38,478 bases of DNA from an uncultured Gammaproteobacteria bacterium (GCA_964576705.1 CAZNVI010000003.1:4141-42618); one strand, 5' to 3'. Numbered from the stretch's first letter, positions 17,285 to 25,556 are shown. The notes: generated by a model from the sequence alone, not told the origin. A program made the numbers and translations.

Positions 17285-17641
17285 TTAGCTTACAACTTCT
17301 AATTCTACGACCCGAATCGAATATTTTTCCAAAATTTTCATGTTCTTGCTATTAGCTTTAAAAATTATATCTGTCATATCGCCAAAAACAGGGATAATTC
17401 CTATTAATAAATCAATCAGTACATTACTTAACATTTCAATTATTTTGTCTTGGGGAAGACGAAGTCTTATCCCTATCCACACCAAGTATAACGAGAGAAT
17501 GAAAGTTATCATATCCCCGAACCCCGGTATGAATCCTAAAATAGGGTCAAATCCGAAAGTGAATTTTCCTATTCTAAATTTATTTTCTAAAAGATCAGTA
17601 AGAATTCTGGCAACTCGAAGATGGTCAACCATATGGTTCAT
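17285..17641 (-). CDS. DUF4112-family membrane protein
   Basis: FGFDPILGFIPGFGDMITFILSLYLV and a second IPVFGDMTD motif, as I recall for DUF4112. Confidence 0.7.
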   Translation of the reverse strand: MNHMVDHLRVARILTDLLENKFRIGKFTFGFDPILGFIPGFGDMITFILSLYLVWIGIRLRLPQDKIIEMLSNVLIDLLIGIIPVFGDMTDIIFKANSKNMKILEKYSIRVVELEVVS

Positions 17642-17700
17642 GAATAATATATGAATGCAAGTTAAATGACAAGCTCAACAAATAGCTACACAAAAACTTG

Positions 17701-17709
17701 TGATATAAT
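17701..17709 (+). promoter_or_regulatory. extended -10 element TGaTATAAT upstream of the nuclease gene
   Basis: TGATATAAT lies 14 nt before ATG 17724. No SD in between. Confidence 0.35.
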
Positions 17710-17723
17710 ACCGCAAATTAATT

Positions 17724-18296
17724 ATGAATCTGTCCAAAAAAAATAAAAGGCTATTATTTTCTATTTTTTTATTTATAATTTTTCTTACTCTTGGGACACC
17801 GCCTGCAAAACAAATCATTCCTACAGATCTACAAAAAATATTATTCCTACCATCAGTCGCCCCAAAGAAAAATGTTGCCGGGTCTGAAATATCTTCCGAC
17901 ATCAAACTCCATAAAGTAGATAAAGTCATAGATGGAGATACTATACTCATAGATACCGGACAAAAGATTCGTTACATTGGCATTGATTCACCCGAGTCAA
18001 AAGATCCACGAACTTCAATAAAGTGCTTCGCGCTCGAAGCTACTGAGCGCAATATTCAACTTGTGTTGGGGAAAGTCGTAAGACTTGAAAGAGACATATC
18101 TGAAACTGATAGATATGGAAGACTTCTAAGGTATGTTTACATTGATGATGACCTAATTAACGAACAATTAGTTAAGGAGGGGTATGCACTCGCATCTCCA
18201 TATCCCCCGGACATAAAATACCAAAAACTATTAGAAGCTGCAGAAGGATATGCTAGGAAAAACAAATCAGGATTATGGAATAGTTGTGTAAACTAA
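17724..18296 (+). CDS. secreted or membrane-anchored thermonuclease (staphylococcal nuclease family)
   Basis: N-terminal hydrophobic signal, then SNase motifs VIDGDTI, IRYIGIDSPE and DRYGRLLRYVY. Confidence 0.85.
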   Translation: MNLSKKNKRLLFSIFLFIIFLTLGTPPAKQIIPTDLQKILFLPSVAPKKNVAGSEISSDIKLHKVDKVIDGDTILIDTGQKIRYIGIDSPESKDPRTSIKCFALEATERNIQLVLGKVVRLERDISETDRYGRLLRYVYIDDDLINEQLVKEGYALASPYPPDIKYQKLLEAAEGYARKNKSGLWNSCVN

Positions 18297-18318
18297 GAAC
18301 GGAACATATAATATAAAT

Positions 18319-18915
18319 ATGCGAAAAAAGTTACCTTTTTTAATTGGATTAGTTATAGGTGTTAGTATCATAGTTATCTCAGCATATTTTTATTTTTTTA
18401 CGGAAAAAGCTATATACTCATCCTCGGAAACAGCTATCGATACTCCATCCACATCAGTTACAAGAACTATAACTTTTAAAGAAAATGAAAGCCCGCACAA
18501 TGTATATCTAGAGGTTAAATATGACATAAACAACACACAAGATGAGATTAGATTACTCAGTTATAATGCCATACTCACTGACGTAAGAGGAGAAATAGTT
18601 GAAAAGAAGAGCAGTTCTTTAAACCACATAAAGACTCAAACTAATAACACTCAAGAATCAAACGCGAAAGAAAAAAGGACTATAAACTTATTCAAGCTTA
18701 AAACTCTACCAAGCGGAAATTATGCGCTATCTTTGGAAATAATCCCCGAACAAGACCTTAGTGATTCTGTAAAGTTAAACTCATTTTCATATGCTGTTAA
18801 AAGTGAATCCGTAGATCTGAATCCAATTTTACCCTTATCAGGGATTGTAATTACTATTATTTCTCTATATTTATTAGTACGTAAAAATAAATCTCTAGTT
18901 AATTCAAAAAAATAA
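18319..18915 (+). CDS. hypothetical surface protein with a C-terminal sortase-type tripartite signal (LPLSG + TM + basic tail)
   Basis: N-terminal TM LPFLIGLVIGVSIIVISAYFYFF. C-terminus is NPILPLSG-IVITIISLYLLV-RKNKSLVNSKK. Confidence 0.6.
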   Translation: MRKKLPFLIGLVIGVSIIVISAYFYFFTEKAIYSSSETAIDTPSTSVTRTITFKENESPHNVYLEVKYDINNTQDEIRLLSYNAILTDVRGEIVEKKSSSLNHIKTQTNNTQESNAKEKRTINLFKLKTLPSGNYALSLEIIPEQDLSDSVKLNSFSYAVKSESVDLNPILPLSGIVITIISLYLLVRKNKSLVNSKK

Positions 18916-18918
18916 GAT

Positions 18919-20082
18919 CTATTTACTTAAACCCGAAACAGGCATTGTAATCCCATCTTCTAAAACATCATAATTTTCATATCCTAGCTCATCATAAATA
19001 GTAGCCAACAATTCATCTATGCCTTGTCCACTTTTTACCGATATAAACTGCACTATATCAGACTTAAAAGACTTACGAAGATTATCGATATATTCGTCCT
19101 TTGCTATATCGATTTTATTACAAACATAAATTACTTTTTTATCTTTTAACCCTAATTCATTAATAATCTCTACAACTACATTTATTTTTGAATGGACATC
19201 TTCATCTGAAGCATCGATAACATGTAAGAGTATATCTGAATGAATCGATTCTATAAGAGTTGATTTAAACGCTTCAATCAAATCTATCGGTAATCCGGCA
19301 ATAAATCCAATCGTATCGCTTACCAATATATCGTTATTTGTTTTAGATGAATCGATTTTCCCCACAACGCTATCCAAAGTAACGAATAAAGCATTGTCAA
19401 TTTCTTTATTCTTATTGGTTATCAAATTAAACAATGATGTTTTTCCCGCATTTGTGTATCCTATTAAAGATACAGTTTTTAAGCCTAATCTTTTTCTATG
19501 GAATTGCTGTCTGGTACGTTCAATCGTTAATTTATCCAGTTTATTTTTAACTGTCTTCATACGGGAATGCCAGTGTCGCTTCATAAGTTCAGTATTCGTT
19601 TCCCCTACTCCTCTCGTACCTATTCCTCCTCGCTGCCTGGATAAAACCATTCCCATTCCATAAATCCTAGGACCCATATGCTTCATCGCAGCTAATTCTA
19701 TCTGTAGCCGTGCTTCTTTAGTATTTGCATGATTTGCAAAAATTTGTAATATCAAATCAACTCTATCCCAAACTTCTATCTGCTTTCTGCTTTTAATAAA
19801 AATAGACTTCATCTCGAAAATCTGTCCAGGTTTTATAATTCCATTAAGTACTACTACGTCGATATTTTTTTCTTTAATTAATAATCCTGCTTCTCGAATT
19901 TTACCTTCACCTATGAAACTTCCTTTATCATGTATTTCCCTTCGTTGTACTAGAAGCTCTACAAGGTTACCTCCATAAGACTCGATCAAGGATTTTACTT
20001 CCCGAAGCTCTTTTAATGCCTGTTGGTCAGAAAATAATCTGGGGATAATACTAATGAGAAGAAATCGTTTTCTACCCGTCAT
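18919..20082 (-). CDS. hflX: GTPase HflX
   Basis: HflX N-domain plus G1 GYTNAGKTSLFN, G3 DTIGF and G4 NKID. Confidence 0.9.
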   Translation of the reverse strand: MTGRKRFLLISIIPRLFSDQQALKELREVKSLIESYGGNLVELLVQRREIHDKGSFIGEGKIREAGLLIKEKNIDVVVLNGIIKPGQIFEMKSIFIKSRKQIEVWDRVDLILQIFANHANTKEARLQIELAAMKHMGPRIYGMGMVLSRQRGGIGTRGVGETNTELMKRHWHSRMKTVKNKLDKLTIERTRQQFHRKRLGLKTVSLIGYTNAGKTSLFNLITNKNKEIDNALFVTLDSVVGKIDSSKTNNDILVSDTIGFIAGLPIDLIEAFKSTLIESIHSDILLHVIDASDEDVHSKINVVVEIINELGLKDKKVIYVCNKIDIAKDEYIDNLRKSFKSDIVQFISVKSGQGIDELLATIYDELGYENYDVLEDGITMPVSGLSK

Positions 20083-20131
20083 CTATAATTTAAATCTACA
20101 ATATTCTAGAATACTCGTATGTAAGAAAATG

Positions 20132-21055
20132 CTATTTATTACTACCTTCTTTCTTAAGTTTTCTTTTTTTATCAAATTCATGCCAGGTTACTAAAAGAGG
20201 AGCAGCGTTAAATATCGAGGAAAAAGTTCCGCTAATAATACCGATTAAAAGAGCAACCACAAACCATCTTATACTTTCCCCTCCGAATAGAATTAATGTA
20301 AATAAAACCAGGATTGCAGTTAAAGATGTATTTAAAGAACGTACGAAAGTCTGAAGAATCGATTCATTTACAGTCTTAGCAAATTCCCCACTTCCTGATC
20401 TCGTAAGGTTCTCCCTTATTCTATCAAACACTACTACTGTATCATGAACCGAAAAACCCATAACGGTAAGGAGTGCGGTTATAAAAAGAATGTCCACTTC
20501 CACATGAAAAAAATACCCAAAGATACTAAAAATTCCAAGCAACACTAATGCATCATGCAGTAACGCGATAATTGTAGTGACACCGAATATCAAACTATTT
20601 GTAGGCTTAGGTACTTTCCTAAAAGAAATAGCTATATATATAAGTATCAAAATGCTTGATATGATAACTGAAGTAAAAGCCTTCCGGGTGGTTTCAGCAC
20701 CTACCGTAGGCCCAATAGTCTCAAATGATTCTTGCTTAAAATTGCCTGATTTTTTTTGTAGTTTTTCGTTTATCGAACTATTCAACTTCTCATTTATAGG
20801 AGCTGACCTTATAAAAACTTCTTTATCTGATGGTTGGATCGTAGAAATATTTATTTTAGATTCAGAAAAAACAGCCTTTATATCTTGAATAGTTTTCTGA
20901 TCAACCTTTTTATTAAACTGATAAGCTATCCGTGACCCACCTGTAAAATCAATCGACAATTTCAAACCGTAAGCCACTAAAAATAACACTCCTGGGATTA
21001 TTACCAATAGCGAAATCAAATAGTACCATTTTCTTTTACCTACAATATCAAACAT
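20132..21055 (-). CDS. secF: protein translocase subunit SecF
   Basis: LSIDFTGGS motif, six-TM layout, adjacent to secD. Confidence 0.9.
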   Translation of the reverse strand: MFDIVGKRKWYYLISLLVIIPGVLFLVAYGLKLSIDFTGGSRIAYQFNKKVDQKTIQDIKAVFSESKINISTIQPSDKEVFIRSAPINEKLNSSINEKLQKKSGNFKQESFETIGPTVGAETTRKAFTSVIISSILILIYIAISFRKVPKPTNSLIFGVTTIIALLHDALVLLGIFSIFGYFFHVEVDILFITALLTVMGFSVHDTVVVFDRIRENLTRSGSGEFAKTVNESILQTFVRSLNTSLTAILVLFTLILFGGESIRWFVVALLIGIISGTFSSIFNAAPLLVTWHEFDKKRKLKKEGSNK

Positions 21056-21127
21056 AGTTTAATTAATAGCAACTGGCTAATAGTTGTATATAAAAAATTC
21101 TACTATTAAACGATTACTAAATATTTT

Positions 21128-22501
21128 TTATTTATACAAATATTTCAAAAGTGTCCTGGTAACAGTTATCGCAGAAAATAAAGATACTACAACACCTATA
21201 AAAAGTGTTAAAGCAAATCCGCGCACTGTACTCGTGCCATTCAAATATAAAACTGCACTAGTGATGATACTAGCCATACTGGAATCCCGTATAGAATCCC
21301 ATGCGTGAATAAAACCTAACCTCAATGCTGTATCGTGAGATTTTCCTCTCCTAATTTCTTCTTTCATGCGTTCAAAGATTAGAATATTTGCGTCTACGGC
21401 TATTCCCACAGAAAGTATTATACCTGCTATACCGGCAAGCGTTAATGTCACCGGTATTAAGCGGAATATAGTAAGTATAAGTAGTGTATATATAGCCAAT
21501 GCGATACTTGCGATTACTCCTAGCTTACCATATAAAATGACCATGAAAACAACAATTACAAAAAAACCTATTACACCTGCTACGAAACTTTTTTGCAAAG
21601 ATTCCTCACCTAGCGTTGCTCCTATAGCGCGTTGCTCAAGAATAGATAATTCTACAGGTAACGCTCCGGCATTCAACTGCACAGAAAGTTGTTTTGCCTG
21701 ATCAGTAGTGAAACTTCCACTAATAACGGCATCGCCTTGAGTTATAGGCTCGTTTACCACAGGTGCTGATATGACGATGTCATCAAGTACCATAGCTACA
21801 GGCTTACCCACATTTCTTGATGTTATATCAGCAAATTTCTTCGTACCGTTTGCAGTAAATTGTATCTGCACTACCGGTTGACCTGTGTTTTGGTCAAAAG
21901 TGACTAATGATTGCTGTAAGTCTTCTCCGCTGAGGTTAGTTTTTTTAGGATTCTGAAGATACAATCCAATACTTGGAGAAACAGCAGAGTCACTCGCAAT
22001 CTTGGCGGATTCGCTGGCACCTGTCTCCCAAAAAGTAAGTTTTGCTGTCTGTCCGATAAGTGACACTGCCTGATTAACATCAGTTACTCCCGGTATCTCT
22101 ACAATTACTCTATAATCATTCCCGACCTTAGCTGTTTGTACAATAGCTTCAGATACTCCAAAAAAGTTTACCCTGCGCTCTATAACATCTTTAGCTGACT
22201 CCAATGCGCTATCTCTTTTATCAGCTGACAAATCTTTCATATCTGCCTGAAGCGTTATACTAGTGCCGCCTTCTAAGTCCAATCCTTTTCTAAATGCAAT
22301 GCTTCTTTGAATACCAATATTATTTAATATTGACTGTCCGTCAATTCCTATCTCTTTATCGATATCTAATTTTTTGTTTAAAAACGGTATGATGGGTGAA
22401 GAGAATTTTATAGGAATAACAGTTTTTGGCAAGTTAACCAATACTGAAGTTACGGTTAAAAGCACGATCAATATCAGAAGAATTTTAGGAGTTTTACTCA
22501 T
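21128..22501 (-). CDS. secD: protein translocase subunit SecD
   Basis: GLDLEGGTSITLQA motif, periplasmic-type domain and C-terminal 5-6 TM bundle. SD GAGGAGG 10 nt upstream. Confidence 0.9.
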   Translation of the reverse strand: MSKTPKILLILIVLLTVTSVLVNLPKTVIPIKFSSPIIPFLNKKLDIDKEIGIDGQSILNNIGIQRSIAFRKGLDLEGGTSITLQADMKDLSADKRDSALESAKDVIERRVNFFGVSEAIVQTAKVGNDYRVIVEIPGVTDVNQAVSLIGQTAKLTFWETGASESAKIASDSAVSPSIGLYLQNPKKTNLSGEDLQQSLVTFDQNTGQPVVQIQFTANGTKKFADITSRNVGKPVAMVLDDIVISAPVVNEPITQGDAVISGSFTTDQAKQLSVQLNAGALPVELSILEQRAIGATLGEESLQKSFVAGVIGFFVIVVFMVILYGKLGVIASIALAIYTLLILTIFRLIPVTLTLAGIAGIILSVGIAVDANILIFERMKEEIRRGKSHDTALRLGFIHAWDSIRDSSMASIITSAVLYLNGTSTVRGFALTLFIGVVVSLFSAITVTRTLLKYLYK

Positions 22502-23073
22502 TTGAGCATAGCCTCCTCGTCACCGATCAGCATTATCCTGACATTTGCCAAAATACTAAGTATGAAGGGATCATTTCTTTTTTTTCTAAAAGTAAACTCT
22601 TCTTCAGTCATAGCAGTGTAATTTACTTCTGTATCTAAACGTGCCTCTTCTTCCCTTATCAGCATAGCAAGTTCCGGCAAAACTACAGTACCTACTACAA
22701 GCAAGTCTATATCTTCAGGATTTTTCTTAGTTTTATACACAAAACCTCCAGAAAACATTGCGAACTTAATCTTTCCAAGCTTTACTCTGTTTTTAAGCAT
22801 CTGATCTCCCAATCCGATAGTCTTACTACCCATTGTTAATAAATCATAGTAAAACGGGTATGTCTTATCTAGACTGTAATAAATTCTATTAGCACGATGC
22901 TCTTTAGTGAGAATACCTTTCTTCTCAAGATATAACAACTCTCTCCTGACGGCATTTATTTCATCCCCGGTTCTGCGCACAGCTTCTCTAACATGGAACA
23001 TTTGAGATGGATAGGTAAGATATAAAGACAGAAGCTTTACCCTAGATTTTGAAGTAATTAAATCCTCAAACAT
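22498..23073 (-). CDS. winged-helix DNA-binding protein fused to a minimal nucleotidyltransferase-like domain
   Basis: N-terminal wHTH (HVREAVRRTGDEINAVRRELLYLEKKGIL) and C-terminal FSGGF...EDIDLLVVG (GS-x-DxD-like). Its stop overlaps the secD start (ATGA). Confidence 0.6.
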   Translation of the reverse strand: MFEDLITSKSRVKLLSLYLTYPSQMFHVREAVRRTGDEINAVRRELLYLEKKGILTKEHRANRIYYSLDKTYPFYYDLLTMGSKTIGLGDQMLKNRVKLGKIKFAMFSGGFVYKTKKNPEDIDLLVVGTVVLPELAMLIREEEARLDTEVNYTAMTEEEFTFRKKRNDPFILSILANVRIMLIGDEEAMLK

Positions 23074-23276
23074 AAGCTATTATTTTCCATCTACTATTTA
23101 TCATTTTCCCATTGATTTATTCATTGCCAATTTGAAAATTTATAAATTAAATAGTATATGGAAAGTGTCCACCAAAGGCTGATCCGCCTCTGGAGGAGAA
23201 AATGGACAATTTCTCCACAATAGTATACTTTTTTTATGCAGAATGCAAGAGTGTTACTGATTTTGCAGGCTATAAT

Positions 23277-24452
23277 CTATAAAGAATCCGCTATGCCTTC
23301 GAGAGGGAGAATGTGAAACCATATTTTACCTCTGTTTAGTTCTATTTCTTCACCCGAAGAATCGTAAATCTTTGTTCTGCCTTCTCTCCCGCTTTTTTCC
23401 CATGTTCCTTTAATTTCCCCACCATCCATGTATATTAAGGCTTTTCCTGAGCCTTTTGTTTTATAAAGAAGGTGGAGATTGTTTTCGTAACCGTCATTTG
23501 CATTAGTCTCCTGCATGAAAAGTACTACTATATTTTTGGCATTTATTTGTTCTTTCGTATTTCGATCTGTATGGACAACTCCACCATTATTTCTTATATA
23601 AGAATTATTTTTTGGAGAATATGTCCAATCCACAAAATAGCTCTCATAACCTTCCCAGTATTCTATATGTAAAGTGTGATCACCTGAAGTCGGCTTATCA
23701 TCCTTAAAAGCGTAAGGTTCAAATTCTTCGTTCCACTTTTCCCCACCATCGTTCGTGTCTGTAAGCCCTCGTTTTTTTGCAGCTTCCCATAACTTTGTGG
23801 TCGATGAGTACATGGTATGCTCTGTAGAAACCTGACGACCTAACCGTTTTTCATCTCGCCAGAATGTCGGAAGTCCAAGTGAAAATTGGTTTAGATCGTT
23901 ATACCCAACCCAATCCATATCTGCTATTTGACCAAGAGCATTAGCAGGACCCGGAGTGTTGGCTCCGCCTACATGCGCGTATAACGGGAAACTACCGTAC
24001 TCAGAAACATAATCCATAAAATATACCCTAGCAGACCTAACAGGTCCCACGAAGCCTGCGTCTTGACAATAGTATATATTTAAAAATCTTGTGATACCTC
24101 CTTCTGCAACAGCTTCATAAGTAACATCGGCTGCGTTAATTCCTGACTGCGGCCGAGCCTCTGTATGATTCTCGACCATAACACCTAACGGCCGATGTTT
24201 TTCCCACCAATCCTTCTGCTCTCTTGAATACTTTACGCCATTTATGGGACACTCTTCTGTTTTAGCTTTTGACTGATCAAATTCTAAAGCTTCGTAATCA
24301 TTGCCTGAAATTCCTGTAGCAGCTGAGGATCCGTTGTTATTATCTGTATTTGAGGCTATACCGGAACCTACAAAAACCAAATAACCAAATCCGGTTGATA
24401 TTAGATATACCGCAATGACAAATAGAATAATGAGCAGCTTATTACTTTTCAT
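23277..24452 (-). CDS. DUF3048-family (YerB-like) secreted or membrane-anchored protein
   Basis: N-terminal TM. RPLGVMVENHTEARPQSGINAADVTYEAVAEGGITRF matches my recollection of the DUF3048 core. Confidence 0.7.
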   Translation of the reverse strand: MKSNKLLIILFVIAVYLISTGFGYLVFVGSGIASNTDNNNGSSAATGISGNDYEALEFDQSKAKTEECPINGVKYSREQKDWWEKHRPLGVMVENHTEARPQSGINAADVTYEAVAEGGITRFLNIYYCQDAGFVGPVRSARVYFMDYVSEYGSFPLYAHVGGANTPGPANALGQIADMDWVGYNDLNQFSLGLPTFWRDEKRLGRQVSTEHTMYSSTTKLWEAAKKRGLTDTNDGGEKWNEEFEPYAFKDDKPTSGDHTLHIEYWEGYESYFVDWTYSPKNNSYIRNNGGVVHTDRNTKEQINAKNIVVLFMQETNANDGYENNLHLLYKTKGSGKALIYMDGGEIKGTWEKSGREGRTKIYDSSGEEIELNRGKIWFHILPLEGIADSL

Positions 24453-24522
24453 CTTTTAACGCTTATAATTTAAAATTGCCAACTACTAAATGATAATGGA
24501 ACTAATCAAAAATGGCAAATTT

Positions 24523-24978
24523 TTATTTTGCGTTTTCAATTGCCTTCATCTCTTCTCCTGACAATTCATGTTCTATGCCTTTACCGTTTTTTATTTTTTT
24601 TATATACCATCTCATTCCCGATCTCGAATACAAGCCTGAAATCACTACGCCTGAATTTTTAGTGTCCAGTAATGCTAATACAAAACTCTGCTCACCCCCT
24701 GTATCTTGAAACGGGTTAAATCGTATTAATCCAATTCTCTGGATATGGTTAAGCGTAGATTCTTCCAATGTACTTACTCTCGCAAGTAAAGAAGATATTT
24801 CTTTATCAGATACATCACGATCTGATACCAAACGACTAATTACTGAAGTAATCGATTGGTCTTTAGAATTTTTGAAGATTGATTTAAAACCTAAATAAAT
24901 TTTAAGAACTAAATAACTTAAAACTATAAGCCAAACTATAATAATAAAAGACAATACATATTGTGAATCAAAGTTCAT
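24523..24978 (-). CDS. DUF4446-family protein
   Basis: N-terminal TM. IGLIRFNPFQDTGGEQSFVLALLDTKNSGVVISGLYSR...LSGEEMKAI matches my recollection of DUF4446. Confidence 0.65.
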   Translation of the reverse strand: MNFDSQYVLSFIIIVWLIVLSYLVLKIYLGFKSIFKNSKDQSITSVISRLVSDRDVSDKEISSLLARVSTLEESTLNHIQRIGLIRFNPFQDTGGEQSFVLALLDTKNSGVVISGLYSRSGMRWYIKKIKNGKGIEHELSGEEMKAIENAK

Positions 24979-24984
24979 AAAGTC

Positions 24985-25023
24985 ATCTTAGCCTCTTGAC
25001 AGCAAGGCTGTCAATAGTGTAAT
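24985..25023. promoter_or_regulatory. back-to-back divergent promoters sharing the palindrome TTGACAG-caagg-CTGTCAA
   Basis: Plus strand: TTGACA (24996-25001)-16-TGTAAT (25018-25023), ATG 25036. Minus strand: TTGACA (plus 25009-25014)-18-TAAGAT (plus 24985-24990), ATG 24978 only 6 nt downstream. Confidence 0.4.
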
Positions 25024-25035
25024 CTAGCCTCATTC

Positions 25036-25311
25036 ATGGCTAAAAAGAAAAAAACACGTGAGCAGAAAATTTTGGCTGAAAAACATAGGCGTTCACAATC
25101 ATCAACGAAGCTGGAGTACTCATTTATACCTAAAAAAATAAATGATTCGGAAAAGCGTAAAACAATAGTCGATAAACCTGTTCCTAAAGTAGAACTTCAA
25201 GCATCTACTGCAAATTTCAAAGAGTATCTAATTCATGATCTTCGAAAAACAACTTTAGTTACAGCTTCAATAATCGTAATACAACTCGTAATATTCTTTA
25301 TAATAAATTGA
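25036..25311 (+). CDS. hypothetical lysine-rich protein with a C-terminal TM (tail-anchored)
   Basis: 91-aa ORF with a basic N-terminus (MAKKKKTREQK). C-terminal LVTASIIVIQLVIFFII. Confidence 0.5.
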   Translation: MAKKKKTREQKILAEKHRRSQSSTKLEYSFIPKKINDSEKRKTIVDKPVPKVELQASTANFKEYLIHDLRKTTLVTASIIVIQLVIFFIIN

Positions 25312-25328
25312 AAGGAGGTGAGTATTAA

Positions 25329-25472
25329 ATGGCTTCAATGTATTGCGTAAAATGTAGAGCAAAAAGAGACGTCGATAATCCAGAAAAGGTAACCATGAAA
25401 AATGGTAAACCAGCTTTGAAAGCAAAGTGTCCAGTTTGCGGTACCGGAATGTATAAAATCGGCGCAAAATAG
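25329..25472 (+). CDS. 47-aa zinc-ribbon protein (DUF5679-like), absent from the ORF track
   Basis: MASMYCVKCRAKRDVDNPEKVTMKNGKPALKAKCPVCGTGMYKIGAK has CxxC...CxxC. SD AAGGAGGTGA is 10 nt upstream and a strong terminator follows. Confidence 0.8.
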   Translation: MASMYCVKCRAKRDVDNPEKVTMKNGKPALKAKCPVCGTGMYKIGAK

Positions 25473-25523
25473 TATACTTAACTTTCTTCCTGGTTGCTAT
25501 GTAAAGTAATCAGGAAACACAAT

Positions 25524-25556
25524 AACCCCTCACATTATCGTGAGGGGTTTTATTTT
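25524..25556 (+). terminator. Rho-independent terminator
   Basis: AACCCCTCAC-attatc-GTGAGGGGTT followed by TTATTTT. Confidence 0.8.

Noticed and set aside
2857-22500. Possibility of an alternative genetic code (UGA recoding, as in some candidate phyla).
   Set aside because: All long family-assignable ORFs are intact under the standard code. TGA is used as a genuine stop at 2857-2859 and 22498-22500.
23202-23282. Plus-strand 26-aa ORF (MDNFSTIVYFFYAECKSVTDFAGYNL) with GGAGG 5 nt upstream, in the DUF3048/wHTH spacer.
   Set aside because: The SD spacing differs from the 10-11 nt seen at every supported gene. The GGAGG is part of a hairpin stem, and the ORF runs into the opposing gene's 3' end. 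It is probably fortuitous.
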